Assembly: GCA_973851085.1 (NCBI GenBank)
Contig: OZ316775.1
Coordinates: forward strand, 17,794,001 to 17,858,000
Direction of reading: 5' to 3'
From: Ptychomitrium polyphyllum
Taxonomy: Eukaryota
Length of the DNA: 64,000 bases
In this document: positions 12,501 through 24,285 of the stretch, in pieces
Position numbering within the stretch: position 1 is the stretch's first letter
Layout: every line of letters begins with the position of its first letter
Position numbers and translations under genes: made by a program
The notes under the pieces: generated by a model
What the model was told of the DNA's origin: nothing
What the model saw: only the letters and a program-made list of their open reading frames with translations
Databases searched by the model: none

Positions 12501-15500
12501 CCCCTCAGGCGGCCCAGCGGACGATAACTGGCGGCGCGGGGGAGCTCCACCTGTAGGTCAGTATGGGCCTCCCCCAGGGCCTGGCCATTATCCGCACGAG
12601 GGCCCAGGGTTTATGCACCAACCTCGGTTTGGTCCTGGCCCAGCACCTTTCAGTCGCGGAGCGCCAGGTCCAGGCGGTTATGGACATCACGGTGACATGT
12701 ATGGCAATGCAGGGTCATTGCTGCGACCAGCTGGCCCAATGCACCCCATGAGACCGAACATGTTCCAAGGACCTGTTCCTTACGATGGTTTCTATGGGCC
12801 TCCCGGCCCAGGGTACCAAGGCATGGAGGATCCTGAGAGGATGATGATGGGAATGGGCGGTGGACCATACGGTGGATTTCCGGGGCACAGAGGGCCTCCT
12901 CCCGAAGCCTTTGGCCGCTTTCCGCATGGGGGCATGAACCAGGGAGCCTGGCATCCTCCAAATAGTAATTTGCGAGAGCGAGAACGTGGTGAGGGTGTAG
13001 GAGATGGCTACCACGAAGGTCCAAACTACCACAAGGAAGGGCCGGAAGGCCCTGGGCATAAAGATGGAAGGGGCTACAATGAGCGGTACAGTGGCGGACC
13101 TGGCTCTGGTCAAGAGGGTGGCGAGAACCGTAGAGGTGGGTTACATCGGGCCGCTCCCAGTGGTGGCGATGGTCACGGCCAGGGCCAGAGAGGAACCTCC
13201 AGTGGTCATCATGGTGGCCACCGAGATTGGGGAGCAGCCGCGAGCAGTGATGAGCCAATGGACTTCTCCAAGCCAGTTTTCGAGGAGGAAGTTATGTCAG
13301 CATCGCCCAGTGCTTCAGGAAAACAATCTCCCTCGTGTGTCCAGAAGGACGAGACGTCAGGAGAAGAAGTGAAGCGGGAGGACGTGAAGGTGGATGCAAA
13401 CACGGAGAAGAACGTGGTGGAAGTGGAGACCGCGAAGGACGAGGAGAAGAAGGTAGTGATTGCAACGAAGAGCGAGATTGCGGCGCCGCACAGAAGCGCG
13501 GAAGTTTCATCTACGCCCGGGAACAAGATCGAGGGTGGAGAGGTCTCAGAAGGGAAGGACCAGGCTGAGAGAAAGATGCAGAACGTGGTGGACAAGGAAG
13601 TGGTGGCCAAGATAGTGACAAAAGATGGGCCAGTCAAGTGGGAGCGGGGCAGCAAGCAAGCAGAGAGTCACATTCGTGAGGTGATTGGTCCTGCAGCTAG
13701 CGGCGCACCAACAGCAAATCTGCGATCCGGCCAATATAACAGTGGAGGTGGCTCGAAACCCAGCAGTATTCTTGGAAATGCCCCGCGGCATGCAGCCCCC
13801 GACGTCGCACCTGCACCCCAGATCTTGCAGCATCCCAGCCAAGAGAAGCCGAGTGCTGTGAGTGCTCCTCCGGCTTCAGAAGCCGAGGTGCCAAAAGCCG
13901 TTGAGAAAGGGCGGATGTTGAGGCGTCCGGAGAGTCCAAAGGTAGAGTTGGGTAGTATTGAAACCGGTGCCCCAGATGTTTCTGCAACTCTAACGGCCGC
14001 TGGCCATGACGGTAGCGGGAAGGAAGGATTGAAACCGAAAGGTAAGGCTTCTTCACATGACGGAGAAAAGGAGTGGAGGCCGAAAGTCCCAATCGCTGAA
14101 GCCAGTCCACGGCCTTCTGTGACTGCAGTAGCACAAGCGCCGAAAGCGGGTGTTGCTCCTGCGACATCAGGGACGGAGACTATGGAGGATAACACGACGG
14201 ACTCCGAAAACGGGCCCAAACCTGGTTCATATGACTACGATGCACAGGTACTCGATCTGCCCCTCTGGTCACTTAGCTGGTGTTGGCTGAAGTGTCTCCA
14301 GATGCATGAGCAAGTGTTTTGGGGTCCTGAGCATGCTCCTTGGCTTTGCAAGGATGTATTGGCTTTGCTTCAGTGTTTTCCAGCTTATTCCTTCAGCGAA
14401 GCGTCGAATTGCTTCTGTGGCAGGTAGGGTATTTTGCGTGTGCTGATGAATGTTTGTTCTTCTGGCACGTGGAATGGTTTGCAGCGGGCAAAGATGAAGG
14501 AGATTGCCGCTCAACGGGCAAGGCAGTTGCAAAGAGAAGAGGAGGAAAGGATCAAGGAGCAAAAGGCAAAGGCCAGGGCAAAGCTTGAGGAGCTGGATCG
14601 AAGATCTACTGTTGTTCCGCTACCAGCTGCCGAGGACCCTACCGTGGAGGTCCCAAAGACAACTGTAGAGGTGGAAGAAGCTGAGCAACCAGAGGAGATC
14701 CCAGCGGTGGAGGGTGAACCGGCGCTTCAGAGTGGCAGCAGTACGGGCAGCACCAAGCGTGCCGTACGCAACGAACATGGGAAACGCGAGCGTGACAGGA
14801 AGGCCAATGGGCGAAAAGCAGGCGTTGGGGAGGGTGCTAAAGCCAAGGTTAACGGCGCTCCAGGCCAGGCTTCTGCCGTACTCTCCCCTGCAATTGCGAC
14901 GGCTGCGCCTCTTTTGACGACCCCTATGGCGGTGCCCGAAGTGTATGGACAGCATGCAAATCCCCAGCGTGAGTCCCGTCACAGAGGTAGGCCGGAAAAG
15001 AAACAGCTCGTTGTGAAAGGCGAGGATGGTGACCGGGCCTTGCCAAGTGCCGGTCCGTCGGTAAGTATTCCTTCTCCGGCAGCTAATGGGGGCTGGAACA
15101 TGGATTCACCATTGCCACCACAGGAGACGGATTCAGGTAACACGAGCCATTTGACGACGAGCGGTACTGAGGGGTCAGGAAGCCTCCGCAAGAGCAAGAA
15201 CGGTCGCAATAGTAGAAACAGGCCGCGTGCAGAAGCTCCACCCATGATGGCGGAGAGCATCCAGTTTGGTGATCTAGTCTCTGGGCTTCATATTCCTGCA
15301 TTCCATAGCATGGTGGGAGGCGAGCAGGCAGCGGATTCGGCTGTGAGTGCATTCCATATAGATGTGGGGAAAGACAGCAACAGTCTGTCTAACGTGAGTT
15401 TGTCAGGCGATGCTTTGACGGGTGACGAAGGGTCAGCAGTGTCTACAAATGGCGATGCATCTAGCAAAAGGGTGCAACGCAAGAGCCGTGCAAGGCGTGG

Positions 15501-17259
15501 CCCAGGCAGGAGTGAGCGGGGATCACAGGATCAGCGCGCAACTGAGAAATCACATGCCAGCGATAGCATGGTGTGGGCTCCAGTCCGCTCCCCAGGAGCC
15601 GGGGGAGGGAACAAGGGGGAAGTCCCCCAGTTCAACGAGCAGCAGAAGGAGGAAAGCAGCTCTGCACAGCAACAGGCACGTGCAAAAAGGGCCGAAATGG
15701 AGCGGTACACTCCCAAGCCTTTGATGAAATACCAGGAGACTTCGGATCAAGCAGGAGCTCCTCCTGCTCACCAGCATACACAAGGAGCACAACAGCAGCA
15801 GAGTTCGCAGGGTGCCGCTCCATCCCCCGTGACCGCTGCTGAGTCTCCACGCAGCGGCTCTGTAGCAGAGAATAAGCAGTTCTCGGCTGCAGATCCCAGG
15901 TCCAATCACGTTACGAAGCCCATTGATTCTGGGACGAAGGCTGGGAGGTCCCATGGATCTTGGCGCCAAAGGGGTTCTGGAAGTGAACGGGCGGCTGACA
16001 GCGTGAAGGATGGCCCTGCTGCTGTGAATTGTACGGGACCAGCTCATGGAGACTTTGGACACCCTCGTCATCGGCCTGAGCAGAAATCTGCTGGCGGCCA
16101 AGCTCCCTCTCGTCGCAACCAGCCAGTATCTGATCATCTGCTTGCCACGCCACAAACCACGCCGGTTGCACCCTCTCCAGCTCCAGCACCTGGTGCTGCT
16201 GGCCCGCCGGCTGCGGCTGCGACCGCTGGTCCAGCCCCAGCTCCTGTGCAGGTATCAGAAAGGGAACATCCTGCCGACAAAAAGCTATACCAGCCTCCAC
16301 GCCCTGGCTCTGCACCTGCTCATCGTGTTCAAGATTATCGTGGTCAAGATAACCGAGGGCAGGACCACCGTGGACAGGATTACCGAGGACAAGATCACCG
16401 AGGACATGATCATCGCGGACAAGCTCCACATCCATCTGAGCAGAAGGGACACGAGCAGGGTACAGCACCGCATTCTCGCCATTCCAATGTAGCTTCGGAC
16501 AGACCAGTTCCGTCTGAGAACAATGGGTCCCAGCAGTACCATCGCAATGGCGGTGGGCACCATCCCAGGGGCCAGCACGTGGACAAGGAGCAGGCGGCCA
16601 GCCAGCCAGCATACACGGGTCCGCACTCACAGCAGAAGCCACACCCCATAGCAGCTACGAAGGAGGGCAGTCATCCTGTGTCGAGGGAGAGAGAATCTCA
16701 GCAGCAGCAATTTTCCAGGGGCTCCAGTCAGCATTCTGCGGAGAGTGGTGAGCACGGGTCCAACCATCGAGGACGGTTTGAGAGGGATCAGGCAGGGAGA
16801 CCCTCTTCGGGTTCACAGAGAGGGCAGAGCCATTGGCAACAAACAGGTGGCAATGAAGGATTCCGCGCAGCCCCCTCTCGGCTGCATCCCACGGAGAGAG
16901 ATCTGGCAGTGACTCCTCAGTTTGGCCGGATGGAGGTGTCAAAGCAGCAAGCACCCGACTCGCAACGTCCCCAGCAGGTGGAACAGGCAGGTGGGCAGCA
17001 GAACAAGGCGTCTCAGCAGACAGCCCCCGTGCCCATTCCAAGTCCGAAAGTAGATAGCGGGAATTGGGAGGGAGCAGGCGGCAGTCCACCAGTGATGCGT
17101 GGAAGGGATTACAACCACGGCGGTCGAAGGGGCCGTTTCGGTGGTCGGTCGGTTGCTCGGAACACGGAGATGGAGCATCGGCGAGATCCTCCTTCTACCA
17201 AGCACCGCCTGGTAATTGATGCAACAGGTGGGGCTGTGCCCAGTCAAGTTGGAGGTTAG
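9584..17259 (+). CDS. MOS1: MODIFIER OF SNC1 1-like / BAT2 (PRRC2) N-terminal domain protein, copy A. Exons 9584-9603, 10197-10277, 10454-10498, 11115-11613, 11835-11931, 12056-12145, 12302-14247, 14485-17259 (5553 nt, 1850 aa)
   Basis: Spliced translation MLSSERRGSSARRGMTVLGKIPAVPKPINLPSQRLENRGLDPNVEIVPRGSVSWG...RPSSASG...DFPTLGSEK...DYDAQRAKMKEIAAQRARQLQREEEERIKEQKAKARAKLEELDRR...VWAPVRS...KRAEMERYTPKP...HGSWRQR, motifs I recognise from plant MOS1. All introns are GT-AG and the frame is continuous. Confidence 0.9.
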
Positions 17260-19521
17260 CAAGGTTAGTTATTTGTCATGCTCTTTATCAAACGGATGAA
17301 GGGAAGTGAAGCTGGCCTTATCTGGGAGTGGGGAACTCCGGTTTAAAACGCTCGTCGGTCAGCGGCTGGGGTGTAAGGGATGGGAATTCTGCTGGTTTGG
17401 GGTTGGTAGCCAGTGGTCGTTACGGAGTTTGTCTGGGTCTTGAATCGCTTATTTGTCAGCAGAGAGGCCTAGAACCTTGAATGCATGTATTTGGCGTCGA
17501 TGAACCCATACATGTCGTTAGGTCTTTGGTACATACAGCGCACATGTGGGGACCCTGCCAGAACTCATCCATCGTGTACAGCACAGGCAGCATGCTCTGG
17601 ATTTTGAAAGCGACTGCCATGTGGAGGTTGAAAGCGGTCAGTGCATGAATACTTGAAAGTGCTCCCATCTGATTTGTCGGACTTACATGGTTGAATGGCT
17701 GACACGTGATTGATCTCCCTTTCAGGAGATTTCATGAACAGATAGCAGAGGTGCTGCGTTGCTAAAGTGATCGACGAAGTGCTGAAGGGGTGTATGGGAT
17801 CGCGTCCTCGAATCCACTGCCTTGCAGCCACAGTCGAAAGACCAATTTTGTGGCTGCCGAGATGTCCTTGGCAACTTGTTCTATACTGAGCACCTGATTA
17901 CGGGACGGAGCTCTCGCGACCAGTACGATGCCGCAGTGGCTTTTACTTGCCGGGAATATTCCTGTAGACAAAGACTTTGAGCATGTCCTGTTTGACCAGG
18001 AGGTGGGGATTTCGTGCGAGGTCATGCTCAACACATGTGTCCTGGTCTGAAGCAGTCTCAGGCTTACACCAAAGCAGAGTGTTTGTCAGGATAGAAGGCT
18101 CCTGTGACCAGGGTCTTAGATGGAGTTCTTGGCAGTTAACGGGCAACCAATCCCTGACTATCAGCTTTCTGTACAAACTTGTCTCTGTAAGGTCCTTTGT
18201 TTCGTCATCTTCATGTACCACTACGGTAGTCGTCTTGGAGGGACGTGAGTCTACCTTCTTTACATTGTGTAGTGAAGTCCCTAGAACACTTGATCAACTT
18301 TGGCAGGCTTCGATTCGGTGCAGTGCCTTTGAAATGTAATATTTGACATGATCTGTGTTGTGTGTATTGTCTGCTCTCCCAGCGGATGGGTGAACCCGTT
18401 TTTCTTGCCTTCACGCAATTTTATGAAGAGTGCCGTTCCATTTTTCGTAAATGGCGGAGATGTAGGAGTTGGAAGGAACGGGGGTGCTTTTCAAGCTGAG
18501 CGCGCACATTGTCTGTTTCACGGTGGTGTCGGCTGTGGGCGATTCTAATGCGTGAAATTTAGAGGCTCCAATATTGAAGCGGGATTGTGGTTTATCGACA
18601 GAATTATGTTCAATAAAAACTTGTTCACTACTATTATTATTGTTATCATTTTGAAAGGAATGAGAAAGTCAGTTGTCATCACGAGTTAAACTTCAGTCAC
18701 ATACAAGGGAGAACATTCTCCCTTGTGGACGAAGGACGAGTCCGACACAAGATGCTTTGGACACAGGCTTGGAAGGTAGGTTGAACTCCGTCAGCTCGAA
18801 ATATGTGGTCGAGCCGTGAGGACTAGTGGGGGAATAGAGGTGCGGTGGTAGGTGAATCTAGGGTGAGAAAGAGAGGCGAGTTTACGGATAACTCTGCCGG
18901 GTCCAAGATTTGGCCTAAAAAGCGTACGTTGGAAGCAAGCAGCAGAAGGAAATCCTTGCGGGCATGAAACCTGATGTGACAGCTCTGACCAATCGACAAA
19001 TATCTATGGACCCGTGGGGTGAAGCTGTGACTTTTGAAATCGGTCAACCATGCTCCACATGAAGTGGAAGGCGCTTCACATTCCCTAATCCATTACGCAT
19101 ACGATCGGTCGGCATAGGTTGGCTGGTCCAGTAGAATCAAGTGGTTTTTCACAAACCTATATTTGTAATGCATGATCATCGTAAACCTCGAATGTAACGG
19201 TTCTCATGATATTTCCAAAGTAATGGAACATGGACCAAGATGGGAATCACCTGATCTACTGAAGTCCTTCAGGATGCCACGCACTACTCCAAAGGAAGGA
19301 TTACCATCTGCTCCCTCCCGTTACCCAGCCGCCAAGTGATAGATGTTCAACCTATTCCGTACCTTCGAATCTTCGAGCCGCAAGAATCGCTCTGTATCGT
19401 TTCGTTTCGTTTCGCGGTCCATGATCTGTTGCACCGAGATCTTGTTTGGCTGATCTATGCCAGACCGGGGAGGGAGTTCTTTGCACACCTGAGCTTGCCG
19501 GTTAGGCTCTTCTACTCAAAA

Positions 19522-22500
19522 CATGGTCATAGCAAACCTACAGTAAATGGGAACTAACATCCATGTTGTTCAGTATGGTTCATAGAAAAAAATTATAATG
19601 AAGTGGAGCTGGATTAATTCCAATCTCAGAGCACAGAGCTGGAGTATGAATTAAGGTTAGCTTTTGGTTGGTTAAATATGAACACAATTCCCAGTGAGCA
19701 TGATTCATATGTATACTGGAATGCAATTTATGTATTTATATAAATGATCTCAACGAAGGCCATTGAAGGTGGTGCTTTAGAAAGCACCATGTGTAAAGAG
19801 GTAGTAGTGAATGTAAAGGATGTTAGCATACTAGTGGGAGGAAGAAAATATGGCACTTGAAAGAACACCAGACAAAGAAATGTATATGCCCTTTGTTATT
19901 GACTTCAAATGTTTAATTGTTAAAGTTTTAGTTGCTGTGGTAGAGTTTTTTGAAACTAACGGGGACGCAATAAATTAGGATGCTTGAGCCCAAGTTTGAG
20001 GATGTTACTCTTCAAGAGTTTGAAAGGGAGGGTGTAGACTTGGAAGAGGTTAACTAAAATTAAAAAGAAATTGAACGCAATGATACTTTGAATAAGATGA
20101 TTATTTTTTATATCTCTATTAATTTTGGTATGTATGTTTTCTTGTAAATGTTTCCAAATTCAAGTGTTGGTTTCTATTTATAGACACTATAAGATTTATA
20201 GGCAAATTTTTTAAGGCTTTTTTATCATATTATTGGCATGGCTTGCTATAATAATGGCAGTTGAGAGATTTTAATTATTGTAAGTGCACTTGTTCTACGT
20301 TTATTGTGACACTTTTATATTGTAGGTAGGTGTTTGTAAGTGAATTGAGTGTTGAAAGTGGTGTAGTGCTTTTAAATAAGTCAAAAATTCCTAGTTGAAG
20401 CTTATATCAAAGTAATTTAAGTTAATCAAGCCTTTGAAATGAATTGATTCAAGTACTCTTAACCTTCATATGCAATGAAGTTCATTGATAAGATAAGGAT
20501 GTTATGTCAATACAAGGTACTTGGCAAATAGTCTAAAAGACAAATGTTGAATTTCATAGATCACCTAGCATATTCTAAGAACTTGAAGTTAAATTTTCCA
20601 AGTTGTATTTATTGTATCTTCCTAATTTCACTACAAATATTCCATTCATCTTTTATAATAAGTAAACTATGATTAATCTTCATTTCATTAAATTGGCATT
20701 TATAAAAAGATACTTAAGCTATAATAAAAGTGATAAATAAAGTTTGTAGGAAGGAAGGAATATTTTAATATATGCTACAATTGTAATTTCAAGTTTTATA
20801 TAGTATTGTCCATTCAATTGTGCTTAGTTTTAGGTTGTATTTTGAAAGAAGATTTATGGTGTTTAGCACATAAATAGATATATGGAGGCACACAATTTTG
20901 TTAATTGAAGAAGAATAAGAAGAAATCCATGTCAAATTGGATGTAAAATCTAGCACTTATGTTGAGCAATTTAGACGCATGTAATATAAGATTGCTTAAG
21001 AAAGTTAAAGTGTTATTTACTTTTGTACAAATAATTTATTTTCTTCATGATTTCTTTACATTCACATATTTACATATTTAATTCATAGATTGTATTGTAG
21101 TTTCATACCATTTAATATATTACACATGTTAGGGACTCACTTATTAATTGTCACATATGAACACAATAATCTCCTATAAATTGAGACACAATATCAATAG
21201 CTTAGTAATTGATTGTAACTAGGATTTAGACTAGTTATATAAGTATATTAAATATAATCTAAAAGTATAAAAAAAAAATCATTTTGAAAGCGGCATGCAG
21301 GTTTCTACTTGTAAAGTTTGCTAGTCTAAGTTGCTTACATTTGGTTGTAATTTTTTTTCTTGCTAATTGAATGTTTTGCTTTATTTTCCAATTATTTCTT
21401 CTCTATTGATTGATTCTTAAGTGCAAATCAGTGTTCAATTCACTTGTATACTTTAAGTTCGAGACTTCCTTCAAATATATAATTTTAGTTTGCATTTTTA
21501 ATTGGTTTAAGAGTGTATGTCAATCACTAGCCCAATAATCGCTCACCAAGGAAATATTTGAAGGAGTATTTTCACCTTTAATAACACCACAAGTAAACTG
21601 TCCATCCAAACTAAACTTCTTCAAACGATTCTTTAGAATTTACAATACATACTTACATGGATCGCATTATTTTTTTTATTCATATATGCAATTCTTTGGA
21701 GTGCATATTGTTCAAATTTGGCAGTAGCAAATGAACATAAATTTACTAACTATTGTCTATTATTATCATGATTCATCAACTAAAATAAAATCCAACAAAT
21801 TCTAATTTTAAGGACTATGGGACTTTCTTCTATTATTCCAAAGATAATATTTAAATTTATTAATGAACATTATATTTTGAAAAGTAAATTCAACAAAGAT
21901 AATATGATTATTTCCACCTTTATAAAAAATGAAGGAATGTTACTTGTATTTGATGATCTATAAAGTTTTTGTATCAATGGTATATAAATGTTACTTTTTA
22001 GTCTTAAATAAATTTTGAACGTTGTATGTTTAGAGTGATAATGACTTTAATATGTTTCATTAATACTATGGTATAATTGCTTCATATTCAATCAAATGTT
22101 TAAAATCTATAAACTTCTAAGTTTTGACATCATTAGAATTGAACACCATGTCATCATTCTTTTAGATGACATTTCACTATGTATTTTCATATTTTATCCA
22201 ATTTTGGAAACGTTCAAGCACTTATACATTATAGTATTAAAATACAATTATTGTGCCATATAAACCTACTTTTCTATCACATACATTCTAAAATAAAACC
22301 TAATGCAAACTCTCGAGCTAGAAAATTGAATCAAGTGATTCATTATATTCTTTTAGCTACTTCTCATAAAACAAACCCAAACCCTATCTTGTCTTCACCA
22401 AGACGCTTATTTCTAAAAACTTTTTAGAGTAGAACAAGCCTCTAATGAAGACCCATAAGTTGTCAAAAAGATAAACAGAATATAATAAATAAACAGGAAC

Positions 22501-22702
22501 TCAAAATAGTCCAAAAAATTACAAATCCATCAAACAGTTGTGGATACAAAGCTGGTGTAAATGCTAACCTTGATTCATACGCCAGCTCTGTGCTCTGAGA
22601 TTGGAATTAATCCAGCTCCACTTCATTATAATTTTTTTCTATGAACCATACTGAACAACATGGATGTTAGTTCCCATTTACTGTAGGTTTGCTATGACCA
22701 TG
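19522..22702. mobile_element. Putative non-autonomous TIR DNA element, ~3.2 kb, with 140-bp inverted ends
   Basis: 19522..19661 is the reverse complement of 22563..22702: the outer 121 bp are perfect, then 17 of 19 match. The interior is AT-rich with no intact ORF, and no TSD is visible. Confidence 0.55.
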
Positions 22703-22723
22703 AATAAGTATACAAGTGAATTG

Positions 22724-22823
22724 NNNNNNNNNNNNNNNNNNNNNNNNNNNNNNNNNNNNNNNNNNNNNNNNNNNNNNNNNNNNNNNNNNNNNNNNNNNNN
22801 NNNNNNNNNNNNNNNNNNNNNNN
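22724..22823. other. Assembly gap (100 N)
   Basis: Run of exactly 100 n. Confidence 0.99.
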
Positions 22824-24285
22824 AAAGTATAAAAAAAAAATCATTTTGAAAGCGGCATGCAGGTTTCTACTTGTAAAGTTTGCTAGTCTAAGTTGCTTAC
22901 ATTTGGTTGTAATTTTTTTTCTTGCTAATTGAATGTTTTGCTTTATTTTCCAATTATTTCTTCTCTATTGATTGATTCTTAAGTGCAAATCAGTGTTCAA
23001 TTCACTTGTATACTTTAAGTTCGAGACTTCCTTCAAATATATAATTTTAGTTTGCATTTTTAATTGGTTTAAGAGTGTATGTCAATCACTAGCCCAATAA
23101 TCGCTCACCAAGGAAATATTTGAAGGAGTATTTTCACCTTTAATAACACCACAAGTAAACTGTCCATCCAAACTAAACTTCTTCAAACGATTCTTTAGAA
23201 TTTACAATACATACTTACATGGATCGCATTATTTTTTTTATTCATATATGCAATTCTTTGGAGTGCATATTGTTCAAATTTGGCAGTAGCAAATGAACAT
23301 AAATTTACTAACTATTGTCTATTATTATCATGATTCATCAACTAAAATAAAATCCAACAAATTCTAATTTTAAGGACTATGGGACTTTCTTCTATTATTC
23401 CAAAGATAATATTTAAATTTATTAATGAACATTATATTTTGAAAAGTAAATTCAACAAAGATAATATGATTATTTCCACCTTTATAAAAAATGAAGGAAT
23501 GTTACTTGTATTTGATGATCTATAAAGTTTTTGTATCAATGGTATATAAATGTTACTTTTTAGTCTTAAATAAATTTTGAACGTTGTATGTTTAGAGTGA
23601 TAATGACTTTAATATGTTTCATTAATACTATGGTATAATTGCTTCATATTCAATCAAATGTTTAAAATCTATAAACTTCTAAGTTTTGACATCATTAGAA
23701 TTGAACACCATGTCATCATTCTTTTAGATGACATTTCACTATGTATTTTCATATTTTATCCAATTTTGGAAACGTTCAAGCACTTATACATTATAGTATT
23801 AAAATACAATTATTGTGCCATATAAACCTACTTTTCTATCACATACATTCTAAAATAAAACCTAATGCAAACTCTCGAGCTAGAAAATTGAATCAAGTGA
23901 TTCATTATATTCTTTTAGCTACTTCTCATAAAACAAACCCAAACCCTATCTTGTCTTCACCAAGACGCTTATTTCTAAAAACTTTTTAGAGTAGAACAAG
24001 CCTCTAATGAAGACCCATAAGTTGTCAAAAAGATAAACAGAATATAATAAATAAACAGGAACTCAAAATAGTCCAAAAAATTACAAATCCATCAAACAGT
24101 TGTGGATACAAAGCTGGTGTAAATGCTAACCTTGATTCATACGCCAGCTCTGTGCTCTGAGATTGGAATTAATCCAGCTCCACTTCATTATAATTTTTTT
24201 CTATGAACCATACTGAACAACATGGATGTTAGTTCCCATTTACTGTAGGTTTGCTATGACCATGAATAAGTATACAAGTGAATTG
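22824..24285 (+). repeat. 1462-bp direct copy of 21262..22723 flanking the gap (probable unmerged contig overlap)
   Basis: Constant offset of 1562; identical 82-aa ORFs at 22179 and 23741; both copies abut the N run. Confidence 0.9.

Larger units (their letters stand above)
7675..21453 (+). repeat. Left arm of a 13,779-bp inverted duplication
   Basis: Position x pairs with 45721-x at both ends and at every mirrored ORF. Pairing breaks at 7674/38047 and 21454/24267. Confidence 0.97.

Noticed and set aside
12217..17259. 736-aa and 941-aa ORFs as two separate genes
   Set aside because: They are consecutive exons joined by the GT-AG intron 14248..14484, restoring the conserved DAQRAKMKE motif.
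12082..17262. Antisense and alternative-frame ORFs within MOS1 exons (and their mirrors)
   Set aside because: Expected shadow ORFs of GC-rich coding sequence.
7675..18726. Helitron capture as the origin of the duplicated gene
   Set aside because: The arm does not start with TC, the hairpin at 18703 is not followed by CTRR, and the duplication extends well beyond it.
17456..19557. Small ORFs in the MOS1 3' region
   Set aside because: No motifs or exon chain; they occur twice only because of the inverted duplication.
21262..24285. 1462-bp tandem duplication as a biological event
   Set aside because: The copies directly flank a round 100-N gap, the typical pattern of an unmerged contig overlap.
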